Assembly: GCA_030704615.1 (NCBI GenBank)
Contig: CM060731.1
Span: forward strand, 48,484,001 to 48,548,000
Direction: 5' to 3'
DNA: 64,000 bases
DNA from: Takakia lepidozioides
Taxonomy: Eukaryota; Plantae; Bryophyta
The notes below the pieces were generated by a model. The model ran no database searches, was not told the DNA's origin, and was given only the letters and a program-made list of their open reading frames with translations. A program made the translations under genes and the position numbers. Position 1 is the stretch's first letter; each line of letters begins with the position of its first letter. Below, piece by piece: positions 36,954 through 49,000 of this stretch.

Positions 36954-37266
36954 GGGCACGTGAGCCTACGAGCGGTGAGTTTGCAGCAAAACAAGATTCG
37001 TGGTACTTGAGCTGGAAGATGATTCAAGAAACATTCCTGGTGTAAGAACCTCTGATTGTGAATACTGAATCATGGGTAGGATTTATGAGCCCTGTTTTCA
37101 CACCACAACCTTCCCCCAATTGGTCTTGTCTGTTTTTCCATATACTCGGGAATAGGGTCATATGGTTCAGATACCATCCACGGTTATAGGCTATTTTTTA
37201 CTATTCTTGAATCATCTTCCCGCTCCAGTACCACGAATCTTGTTTTGTTGTAGGCTCACGTGAGCC
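36954..37266. repeat. Fold-back / MITE-like element with ~60-bp inverted arms
   Basis: cacgtgagcctac..aaaacaagattcgtggtac..ggaagatgattcaagaa (36954-37030) is mirrored at 37204-37266. Confidence 0.7.
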
Positions 37267-38886
37267 TGCTCACCAAATAGCATTCCTGGTGCTTGATGTT
37301 GCATAAGATTGTGCATAGCAATGAGATACTATGTCTCATACCTCTCCAGGGATATACAAACGTGTTTGCCCCCAACCTTTTGCTCAGAATGCCCTCATCA
37401 AACCCTTGATCACCTATTACACCGTGTGAAGCCTCATTAGTAGGAGGACCCATCCCACAAAGTTGTTCCTTACTTGGTATTGTCTACAGTACACCCTAGA
37501 CCATATGCAGAATAATGTGTTAGATAGTAACACACCTGACCTGCCCCCAGTACTCGGAAAATGTAAGGCACCCCCTTCTCCAAAGAACTGCTTTAGACAC
37601 ATGGTGACAGTGGTCAGTGGATACAACTATGGTATTTTCACAATATTTTCATCAACTGCCACACAGATCATGTTATCTTTAAATGAGTGGCACAATGGGG
37701 CAAAATTATATGATGCCAAATAAAACTTCGTGACACCCCATGCTTTCACCGAGGAAAATGTCTGAGGTGTTAGTGAAGATCACAACATGTTACTTTACAT
37801 AATTAAATAATGGGCATGATAAGACATTGTTTTGGACCATATCAGGTTTCTGCAATGTTTGCTGTGGATCTATGGCTATTATTGGTACCAGACATCAAAT
37901 AAGTGTAGGTTGTACGAGTCGAGCAAGCAGGTGCCCTAATCCACTATTACATGAACTTGACATGATAAATTCATTTCGTCAAACAATTGCATACATTGGC
38001 CAAGTTCAGGCCCGGACCTGCACTTTTAAGCTTTGACAAAGCTTCATGTACAGCCGCTTCAGTCTTTTTCCTCAGTTCGATTTCATGTTCCAATTTATAC
38101 TCCAGCTCAGCCGCCTGAAATTGCAGGCAGAGACTAAGAATTGTAACCTTATAGCCACAAGCACCATAACATTTAACCAAAACTGACAACCGTCCATCTC
38201 ACGCACTAGTATTTTGTGGTTGTGAAAGCTGAGCTTTCATGTTGTTGACCATCAAAGTACCTCCACTCGATGATTGTTAGGTGAGGTCTATGCCAGGTCT
38301 ATGCTCGACCCGGTCTATGCTCAAGCACATCTTAGATGATTGTTAGGTGCTAGGAACGAAGGTCGACCTGTCAACCAGTTCGGAATGACTAAAGATTGCT
38401 AGAATACCGCCGAACCGACAGTCGCAGGTTAAGTGAGGCAAGCTCGTGAGCATGAAGACAAGTGAAGACTAGGGATTTTTTATGGTGTGGAGTACGGGGC
38501 AAGATGGCTGGAGCAGTGACGATGGTGTACAGGCGCCTTGAGCAGATCTGAATTAGCAGGCAAGGTGCATAGATACCACGGTGCGGCGGTTGGGTAGACC
38601 GGGAGTGCAGCCCGGTACTGTGCTTTTGTGAATAGCTTGAAAGTGACGGAGACAGTAGGGGTTGTCAACGCCGTGGCCCTTGTCTGTACTGAACGCAAAT
38701 CTTGATTTCCCTGTAAATTCTTGTGAGTTGGGACCCAAGCAAAAGCACACCGTGATTTTGTCACAATTGAACTGGAGAGTGTGAGAGTCCAAACAAGTGT
38801 GGGAGTCCAACCATCTGTATTGCCTGAAATCTATAACGATTGGACTGGGGAAAGAGTCATAGATACGAAACAAGTGGTATCAGAAC

Positions 38887-39360
38887 GAGGGAAGCTAGAG
38901 TGTGAGCGCGCTCACGCTTAGCGCACTAAGTGTGAGCAGACTTCGTTAAGCGTGAGCAGATTTCTTAAGCAAGAGCACATAAGGGAAGAGCCTATAGCCG
39001 TGGGAAAAGCAGGACCTATTGTCGTGGGGGCAATGTTGAGTGGAATGGAGGGTAACATACGATGCCTAGGACCTAAGACGTCGAGTTCCATGCATGAAAA
39101 TTTGAGAGGAATGTGTGGCAAAATTCTTAAGGATTAATGGCTACGTGGAATGGATGAATGTAGGATGAATGTAGGATGACAAAATATGGATGAATGAACC
39201 ATGGATGACAGCAACACGAGTTTAATTTCGGAGAACTTGAAATCAACCTTGTGTCAACACGAGGTTGATTTCCGAGTGGACGTGGATGATTACGGGTTTA
39301 TTTTATTTTTATTTTTATTTTTTAGGTCATGTAAATCAACCTTGCGTTAACGCAAGGTTA
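38887..39360. mobile_element. Truncated inverted copy of the same MULE-like end
   Basis: Reverse complement of ~41250-41686. Begins at the TIR GAGGGAAGCTA, directly after the PBS. Confidence 0.8.
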
Positions 39361-40078
39361 GCTGCCCTTCTTCAAGTGTGTTCAATGTGGAGTTGCTTGT
39401 TCTGCGAGCTGCGTAACTCTCTTGTTGTTCCTTTTGTGCTCGGCGTACATTCTCATGAAGGGTGATGTCCATATTTGTCAGGAGGTCTACCTTCTCCATC
39501 ATCATATTATTGATGGCCTCCTCATCATCGCGTAAGTCCACAAGCTCTGTTATTTTCTCCCATCTGTTATCAACATCTATTCTTATGTCTCTGCCTGTCA
39601 GTACTTTGAACGGAGAGAATCGAGTTGAGGTCTGTACCCCCACTCTATAACCAAATAGGGCTTTGTATAAATCACGATCCCATTCATGTTCTCGTTGTAT
39701 GCTCAGTACCCGTATGCTCTGTTTGAGCGATTTGATGATGCGTTCCACCATCCCATTGCTTTGTGGCCAATATGGTGCTGAGTGATCGTGTTGTATGCCA
39801 AACTTCGCACATACATCTTCGAATTCTTTACCCCACTCAATGTCTTGATCTGTGGGCACTATCTTGGGTGTTCCATACCTGTATACAACTTGTCTACTCA
39901 CAGGGGTGCTGGTAGCAACAAGACTGCAGATTGTGTCATCTACATCTGCTGTGTTTCGTGAGAGCTCACTGGTCTCGGTCAATGCTATTTCAGACTCATC
40001 CCTGTTTGACAAGTGGAGAAGGTCTCTCAGTAACCAAGAGGTTTGTTGAGTATATTCCTCCATGGACAAGTCTGCCAC
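39347..40078 (-). pseudogene. Gypsy integrase core fragment from an unrelated element, opposite orientation
   Basis: RYGTPKIVPTDQ..EF, APYWPQSNGMVERII, ALFGYR..STRFSPF. Confidence 0.8.
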
Positions 40079-40713
40079 TTAGTCTTTCCATCTCTATCTC
40101 TTCATCCCCGATGCCTTTTCCTCTGCAATCTCTTTGTGAAGTGGCCATAGTTACTCACATCTGATTTTGCAGGAGTCTAGCTGGTTACCAACTCAAGTGT
40201 GACAGCAAGGGATGACAATCTGGCTGTTTGTGTGAGAGAGATGGAATACCATCAAATGTGCAAAGTGTGAAATTATGACAAAATCAGAGAGATGCACTCT
40301 GTCCTGGATCTGGTGAAGCGTAGTATGCAGGCTGCACAAGAACGGGCCAAGTTCTTTGCTGATAAGCACATGACTTTTCGGGAATTTGTTGTTTGGTGAT
40401 ATGATATTCTTGAAAGTCACACCTAAGGGAAGTAATTTGACACTTGGTAAGTGTTACAAGTTGTCACCAAGATTCTGTGGCCCATTCGCAATCCTAGAAC
40501 GCCATGGTAAGGTGGCCTATGAGTTAGATCTGGCTCCCACGTGGAAGATTCACAAAACTTTCCATGTCATCCTTCTCCGGAAGTATATGTCAGACCCATC
40601 ACCTATCTTGCCCACGTTGCTTCAAGCTATGAGCGATGGTCAGCTGATGGTTGAACCCGAAAAGATTCTAGAAACGCGAGTAAAGCCCCTGCACAACCAA
40701 TCTTGGAAAGAAC

Positions 40714-41686
40714 GGGGATTGCTAGTCCGTGAGCGGCTCACGTGAGTGGAAAGATGCGTGAGCGGAAAGATGCTCACGTAATAGGGTGTATGGGCCTACA
40801 ATCGCAGATGAGGAAGCCCCGAGAGACCTATTTCCACGGGAATGAGTGTACATATCATGCGTACTTGGATGACTGCTAGACGACTGTTGGATGAATGAAG
40901 GATGAATAATTCATGAATAGTTGAATGCGAGATGGCTGATGGATAGACATATGCTTCGCAATGCATAAACAATGGATGAGTGGATGGTTAAAGACTGGAT
41001 GTATTATCGAGGGTCATCGCTCAGGTACTTCCCCGGAATGAGAATATGGTAGATGTACCTGAACCATACATTCAGAAAACACAGATGCAGCCGGTGCTTG
41101 TTAATTCCCATTACACCTCCTTGTGATCAATGTCACGTTGATGCAAGGTTGATCCTTGAACTTCCCAAAAGACTAGAAGACACGAAACACTAAGCAAGAC
41201 GAACTTGATTTATTTTCCGAAATAGGCGATTGAAATCCATAGCATAATCAAGGTTGCGTTAACGCAAGGTTGATTTGCACGACCCAACAAAAAAAAAAAA
41301 AAAACCGTAATCATCCACGTCCACTCGGAAATCAACCTCGTGTTGACACAAGATTGATTTCAAGTTCTCCGAAATTAAACTCGTGTTGCTGTCATCCATG
41401 GTTTATTCATCCATCTTTTGTCATCCTGCATTCATCCATTCCACGTAGCCATTAATCCCTAAGAATTTTGCCACACATTCCTCTCAAATTTTCATGCATG
41501 GAACTCGACGTCTTAGGTCCCAGACATCGTATGTTACCCTCCGTTCCACTCAACATTGCCCCTACGACAATAGGTCCTGCTTTTCCCACGGCTATAGGCT
41601 CTTCCCTTATGTGCTCACGCTTAAGAAATCTGCTCACGCTTAACGAAGTCTGCTCACGTGAGCGCGCTCACACATTAGCTTCCCTC
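40714..41686. mobile_element. Non-autonomous Mutator-like (MULE) element inserted in the chromodomain
   Basis: 9-bp TSD GGAAAGAAC (40705-40713 and 41687-41695). G-initiated imperfect TIRs. Removing it rejoins the reading SWKE-HLIKW. Confidence 0.78.
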
Positions 41687-42201
41687 GGAAAGAACATTTG
41701 ATTAAGTGGTTGCATTACCCAAAGACAGAGGTTACTCGGGAGAAGGAAAACGAATTGGCATTGAATTATCCCTCGTTTTCTATCATTGAGGACAATGACC
41801 TGTCTTTGGGAAGGGGAGCTTGTTAGGTGCCAGGAATGAAGGTCGATCTGTCAACCAGTTCGGAATGACAAAAGACTGCTAGAATATCGCCGAACCGACA
41901 GTTGTAGGTTAAGTGAGGCAAGCTCGTGAGCATGAAGACAAGTGAAGACTAGGGAATTTTGACGGTGTGGAGTACGAAGCAAGATGGCTGGAGCAGTGAC
42001 GATGGTGTACAGGCGCCTTGAGCAAATATGAATTAGCAGACAATGTGCATAGATGGCACGGTGCGACGGTTGGGTGGACCGGGAGCGCAGCCTGTACTGA
42101 ACGCAGATCTTGATTTCCCTATAAATTCTTGTGAGTTGGGACCAAGCAAAGGCACACCTTGATTTTGTCACAATTGAACTGAAGAGTGTGAGAGTCCAAA
42201 C

Positions 42202-45200
42202 CAGTGTTGGACTGGTATGTCTAAGTTTTAATACCAGACTGGTCCTGGTATCAAGGGTCCCACCTTTTTTTTTATACCAAGCTGGTATATAAGTATTTAT
42301 ACAGGCATGAGCAACCTGGGTATGAATAGGGTATGAATTTTTATATTTTGGGCTGTATATGAGTATGGTACAGGTATCGTTTTTTTATTTTTATTTTTTA
42401 TTTTTTATTTTAAATACTGGGGGTATATGAGCACTGGTATGGTATTTCATCCATATTAATATCATCCATATCCATTATTTATTTATTTTGTTAAAGCTGA
42501 AGTGCGCACCTCAGCTCCTGCAAGGCAGATAATTCCGATACAAGTAGAGCAAATCCAGAGCGGTCATAGATGGCCGCAAGAGAGTAGCCTCATCTGCCGA
42601 TGTCGGAGCATCAAAGAGGGAATCCATGGGGCAATCTGCGACATGCGGACCGTCGTTGCCACGAGCAGGGTTCAAAAATCTAAACACTTTGATTAGCAAC
42701 GGAATCATGGCCTTTTTATCGTATTCAAAGACAACTATCTTGGCTTTGTCCCTGCCCATAAACTCCGTGATGCATTGTAAACCCTTGTATCGAGGGTCGA
42801 ACATGAGAGAAATCATGTTATACGCTTTTTCACTTTGAAATGCACATGCAAAAGAAAGAAATGGTTGCAATACACTCACCGCCTCTGCTGCCATGCGAGC
42901 ATATAAAATCTCCAGCTCTGAATCAAAGTCCCCGCACTGCAGGGGTGGCTGGGCATGAGCTCTCCCATTGAACTCTCCCTGTAGCTTAATGCTGATCGCA
43001 ATTGCCGCATGTAGTGCATCAGAAAGGAGCCAATATCCACTTATCTGGTTCAAAACACATTGCTTCACAATTGGTGTGAGAGTCTCTGTAACAGCCCGGG
43101 CAATTCCCCACGTCAAGCCAGACGACACTCTAGCTTGCAGATGGAGAGACTGTCTCCGGTAACAGATATTGATAGCGTCGGCGTATTCAAGAGTTTCTTG
43201 GAAGAGAACAACTTTGCTTGCAAAACGAGTTTTGACAGAGTCTTTAGCTTCTAGGTGGGCAGACCTGCCTCTATACAAGCCTTGTCCCACTCTTGTCTAC
43301 CTTTGCCAGATTTCTTAGTCCAGGTAAGTGTTTTCTGCAAGGCTGCTTGTGCATCTTTGAGGGAGACTTCTCTCATTCCGACACAAAGTTTTGTGTCATT
43401 TGTCGCGTACTGGTAGGCTTTGGACATTACATGTCCAAAGCAAGCACCTACAAATGGTTGTGCAAGTTGCAAAGGAGCACATGTAACCACTGAAGACAAG
43501 GCTGTAGCTAGGGTATTAAGATTGGAACCCTCATCTTTGACATATGCAATTATTTTGTCTGTCAATTGGAATTCTGCAAGCATGGGTTTAACAATTTCTG
43601 CTAGGGCAGCCTCAGCTATATCAGGAGCCTCGAACAAGCCTACAACGACATGTCTTGGCATCCACTCTTCATCAATGAAATTCACAACCAACGCGAATGT
43701 ATCAAACCCCGTCCTAGACATCCATAGATCAAATGTAACAGTGACAGTTGCACAACTACCTAGGACATGCAAAACATAAGTTTCCATGGTTTTGGCAAGC
43801 AGACCTGGGATGTATTCCTTAACTAACTGTTTGCGGGTTGGGAAATGAATTTGAGGGTCCCTGCGCATTACTAGTCTACGGAGCCGAGGCGACTCCACAG
43901 TTGACAAAGCCTCATAGTCTTTTTCAATGAAAAGGACCAAGTCCTCAATGAACCTCAGCTGAGGAAGGTCGTTCTTTTTGTAACCCCCTTGGCCACCAAA
44001 ATACTCCGTGATCACAGATGGAGCAACAGACTTACGCTTCTTGCATTTCACTCTGCCTCTTTGTACCCAACCTTCAGTAGATTGTGACTCTGCCTTGTGC
44101 TTGGCAAATCCTCTCGATGCTCATTTAGGAGATGCTTTTTCATGGAGGTGCTCCCATGAGAATGGTTATATTGCACCAGCCCTTTTCTAGATCTGGTGGT
44201 ACTCTGGGAACTCTGTGAGGCTCTTCAGTACAGTAGTTGTTGTGGCAAATAATGCACAGGTCTCATTATTTGCATAGCTTGCACATCAACAACATACTTC
44301 TGATCGTGAAGAAGAAAGAATGCCCAAACAACACTTGAACGATGGTATGGTACCCAAAAACTTTGATTCTTGGCAAGAGATGCATACCGGACTCTCCACG
44401 TCGCTAGGTCTTCCGCGGCTTGAATCTCGTTCCTGCTTTCGGTAGGCTGCAACACCTCTGAGGTCGTGCAAGTGCTATGTTGTTGTTCATTTACGAGCGT
44501 TGTATCACCTGTTTCATCCCCAATGCAAAATCACTGAAAGACATGCCCTGATCCATCTCAACAGAAATTACAGTATCCCAAAAAGTACGGCCACTTAAGG
44601 GAAACCCCTGCAAAGCTTAGGCAGACCACTACTAAAGTTTCAATTCACTATCCAGTGAAGATGAGGGCTGCTAGTATGACGACTGTGAGGGTAAACCATT
44701 TAAGCATTGACACCAGCCACCAAACTAACAAAAGAATCAATACACATTAACAAGGCATTTTGGAGTTCTGATCTCTAGTTCCAAAGCAAGAGCAGGTGGG
44801 TTGTAACGCAATCATAATCGTTGGCAGAAGAATGATCCAGGTTAGAAGAAGCCGGTCCCAGAAGAAGAAAATCACCTGCCGAGATTGCATACACATAGCA
44901 CGTACGTCCCTAAGAGCCTTGATGAAGGCAGATTGTTTGCTGCAAGGCCAAAGACTAGAATATTGCTGCAATCCGCAGCCACTACTTTGCTCATTGAAGG
45001 AGCCGCACCCTACTGCAACATAGGCGCAAAAATCTAACGCCATCGCCATATTGATACCCAACTCTGTCCACCATAAAGTTGCCGCAATACTGGTATCGTG
45101 ACCATGCTGCACTTGCACATACCCAGACTGGTATGGTATGTGTGGGGGGGAATCCTAAAGACATACTCCCCCTAGTACGTGTATGACATGGGTACACTGG

Positions 45201-45292
45201 TTCATTCATACCCGACTGGTATGTTCTTCAATACATATATTCATACCTGTATTCCATACCTAGGTCCAACCAGGTATACCAGTCCAACACTG
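42202..45292 (-). mobile_element. hAT DNA transposon with degenerate transposase, inserted into the 3' LTR
   Basis: Perfect 17-bp TIR CAGTGTTGGACTGGTAT and exact 8-bp TSD GTCCAAAC. Transposase fragments 44455-42511 (TFDLWMSR, YVKDEGSN, CFGHVM, VKTRF, LMFDPRYK) contain stops. Confidence 0.95.
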
Positions 45293-46001
45293 GTCCAAAC
45301 AAGTGTGAAAATCCAACCATGTGTATTGCTTGAAGTCTGTAACGATTGGACTGGGGAAAGAGTGATAGATACGAAAAAGAGCTCCCGATCCAATCCAGCC
45401 TGCTCTCCGTCAATTGAATGCATATTTGATTGTCTGCCACGATTGCAAAAGAGAAAACAACTGATTTTCCCTTCAAACAGACAGAATGAGACCCGATTTC
45501 ATCCATGATGCTTAATTCCATTCATCAATCAATTTTGACCAACGGTGTTGATCAAATTCATCCTACGCCTTAGGACGCACCACATGTTTGAAATCAATAT
45601 AAATTGTCACCTAATCCATGGATTTACATCCATCCATAAATGGAACGCATAAAGAACATAAAGAGTACAACAAACCTGTGCCCAGGTGGGACCCACTCAA
45701 GCATTAGGTACTTCCATGCAAGTGAATCCGTAGTCCCGCTAAAGGCAGGGCCAACAAAACAAAACAAACAAACAAACCAGCTTCCTTCTTCATATATTGA
45801 TCTATAAACTGTAAGGCCAACAAACCCTAAACCTTTAAACATCTGCAAGTTTGCAACGACGCAATCTTCTGAAACCCCGACCCGCCGAGGCTTCTAAAAT
45901 ATAGAAACCGGCACAACGCTACTGTTGTAGAGAAGAAGAGAGTGAGCATGAAGATGCTGACTTTGAGGTACTGAGAGATCCAAGACGCTTGGAGCGCAAA
46001 T

Positions 46002-49000
46002 ATGAAGAGGAAGGTGATGGAGAGAGGCAGAGAAGAAGGAAGCGTGTTTATCGACCAGACACCAGGGAGAAATGACGAAGCCTCGGTTTCCACCACAGAT
46101 GAGGCCGACACCGACTCCGATGCTGTGAGTGTGGAGAAGGAAGCGTCTGTTTCCGCCAGAGATGAGGGCGACACCGATTCTGATGCTGATAGTGTGGAGA
46201 AGGAAACCTCGGTTTCCGCCAGAGATGAGGCCGACACCGACTCTGATGCTGGGAGTGTGGAGAAGGAAGGGAAAGGCAGCCCAAGAGCATCAGCATATAG
46301 CCGCGCTTTCAGTAAGATCTTCACGACGAATTCAGCTTCTTCAGACATGGTGAGTCCCCTCCTATCGAACAAATCTAGCATTATCTTGTCCCTCCTGCAT
46401 TCTGCATAGCCAGTCTTAGCGCCCGGTTCTGCCTACAAAGAATTTGCCCGTCAGAGTGTTTTTCGTTTATGGGTTTGTATGCTCCACTTGTCTCTCTTCT
46501 CTGTCCTACCCCAAGCCTTTGCAAAGCACATTGATTAGTGTTAATGTATGACAACATTTCTTAAGACTTATGCAAGCTGTTCACAAAGGCGAAAGGTTTT
46601 CCTGGGGTTAGCTCTCACATGCATTGGATGGCAACGGTCAGGAGACTTGCTTGGGTGGTAATGCCTTAAGAGCGGTGTCACTTAAACCAGTTTCTATTCC
46701 GTATAGGGTTTTAGTCATCCTGATTTCCTGGCTACATCCTTTGGGATAAATCTGGATGTGGGATTGCACTACAGTTTTAACTGCATGAAATTTTCTTTGA
46801 ATCTCTCATTGGCTCTCATCCGATCATCCAGATGGTCCATGGTTGTGCTTTTGCAAGTTGGCCTTCTGGAGTCACTTGTAGGACTCCTGAGATGTGGCAA
46901 TCGACGAAAGCATGTTGTCATGGTGTGAATGTCTTGGCTGCCAGGGTCCAGTTTTGTCCGCGCGCAAACCACTGGTGGCGAAGAAACTTGATGAGGAGGC
47001 TGGTGACCACAGAGCCAAGACAGTTGCCAAGAAAGAAAAGAAACAGGTATGTTTTTCATTCTCAAAATGTGTTAAGGAAACGCCATCTCGGGGGTTGCAA
47101 CAATTGTCTTAGCTAAATGCTCATGTTCATACCAGCCGAAGGTAAACTGTGCCTGGTTTCTTTACTTCATGTGATAACTCCATCAAGAGCTTGGGACGAC
47201 CCCAAGCTCCTCTGGTCTATTGCGTGATGGATGGAGAACCACGACAGAGGGCTCATCTCCTTTGCTTGGAACAAGAGGGAGAAAGATTGAGAACGCTAGA
47301 GGAGAGGGCTCTCTAGCAGTACTGTGGGCTTGATGTCAGTAACAAACATGGATGTGTTTGACATGCATTGGTCGCTCTGTTTTCATTTGGTTTGGCAGTT
47401 ACGCGAAAAAAGCCACCTTTTTCCACAAAGCCACACTGATGCCAAAGAGAGAGATCTGATAAAATTGGCTACTCGAGGAGGTTCTCGCTTTCCTTTCTTC
47501 ATTTTTTGTGGTATTTGTTTGAGTGGACATACAACCAATCCCGATTGCATTCGCCAGATCATTTTGTTCCTGTCTTGGGCCTGTTGCTTGTAACTTGCCA
47601 AAGGCAATCCATGTTTTGGTCAGATGGTGGCCTTTGCCCAGGAGTTTTTATCCCTTTTTCTTGCTTATCCCTTTGGCTAAGCTAAATGTAGGCAGGTTAA
47701 TCAAGTAGAAATGTCAAGGCCTTGGTCAGCGTTTACGGTTTTTCTGACATTGTGGGATAATTTGGTGGGGATGAATGAACTGCCATGGGGTGGACATGTT
47801 GGGGCCGTGCTATATCTGGTGACCAGTCGTGAAGCTCTTCAATGCGGTGAGAACTTTGGTTCTTTTTATCTTTCTGTTTCGGCAGCATAGGTCTGTATGG
47901 TGCATAAATTCCAAATGGTGGTCATAGAAACCTGTAGAAGCCAGTGTTGATCCCTGCCCTTCACGGGAACCTGCAATCGAGTCTTTTACATTGACTGCAA
48001 ATTGATGGCATGCCCTTGCAAAAGGAAGGTAGAAGGAATAATATGCTTTTGGCTCTTGGATGTGCTCATTTTCCATTCATCTACTAATTTGTGTGCAGCT
48101 TGAAGAGGATTTGCACCTCTCTCATGCAACAAACCCATGCTAATTTATGCTGAATTTGAGTGGATCTAGACCTTTTTGTTGTGGAAAGTGGGAAAGGACC
48201 ATTCAATGAAATTGAAGTAAAGTAGCAGGGCCCTAGTATGTGGAAGATGTATCAAAGAGTTACTTGAAACCAGGTACTCCTGGGTGTTTGAATGTGCTTT
48301 GCATGTGTGCTGCCATGCAGGTGAGCAAAGCCCAGAAAGTGCAAATTGGGGCAGACAGTTGGGATGCCAAAGGTAAAGTGCAGGGTGACAGATGGGGGAG
48401 AGGGACAATTGAACTCCTTCCGGGCATCCGCTATGGCATAGTCCCAACAGGATATTAACCCTCTCAGAGCTGATCATAGGCAGCCTGACAAATGGTTTTG
48501 TATTTAGCCCAACATTGCCATTAGTAACCGCACAGTCAATGATGATCCGGTTATGGGAGTCAAGGGTTAAGAGAGAGAATACTCCGGCCAAAGCCGGTGT
48601 AACGAAGAGCCACTTCGCCTTGCAGCTACTGCCTTCTTTTGAGGGTGGGCACTATAGGATCAACTGCGCCTGTAAGGTAGTCTAGAGGGATTGGTTTCTA
48701 ATTTGCGGTTGTTAGTGATGATGGCTGTGAGGGAGCGGATAGCGGTGAGGTGGATATCAAGGGTTGAATTCTGGGTGCTGGACACCGTACTAGAAAGCAT
48801 TAGTTTGATTGAACCACTGTTTCTCTAGCCCTGTGGCTTGCAACAGATGTGACAGAGAGTTCAAACCTTTAATCCTAGAGAGAGAGAGATGTACTCAAGA
48901 AGAATGTCAAAACTGCAGACTGCCTCTGCAATGTCACCTGCCACCAGGGGACAAAACTCAAAACCCCCATTGCGTTAGGGCTCGGTGACATCTGATGACA

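Larger units (their letters stand above)
38341..45378 (+). mobile_element. Chromovirus-type Ty3/gypsy relic: 5' LTR 38341-38872, PBS 38875, internal region mostly lost, 3' LTR split into 41821-42201 and 45301-45378
   Basis: Both LTRs start TGTTAGGTGC. PBS TGGTATCAGA. Integrase C-terminus (KLSPRFCGPF, IHKTFHV, EPEKIL) and chromodomain (IKWLHYPKTEVTREKE) precede PPT GGGAAGGGG. Outer flanks ATGAT and GAGCT do not match. Confidence 0.82.

Noticed and set aside
38017-38113. Isolated coiled-coil exon (AAELEYKLEHEIELRKKTE)
   Set aside because: Splice sites are plausible, but I could not identify partner exons or a protein family.
41821-45378. Solo LTR with GAGCT TSD
   Set aside because: GAGCT does flank both sides, but the left flank is the chromodomain end plus a PPT, which identifies it as a 3' LTR. 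The match is treated as coincidence or unresolved.
45827-46381. Minus-strand 184-aa ORF with repeats and a hydrophobic tail
   Set aside because: It is antisense to RRP15 exon 1, which has a valid donor site and downstream conserved exons.
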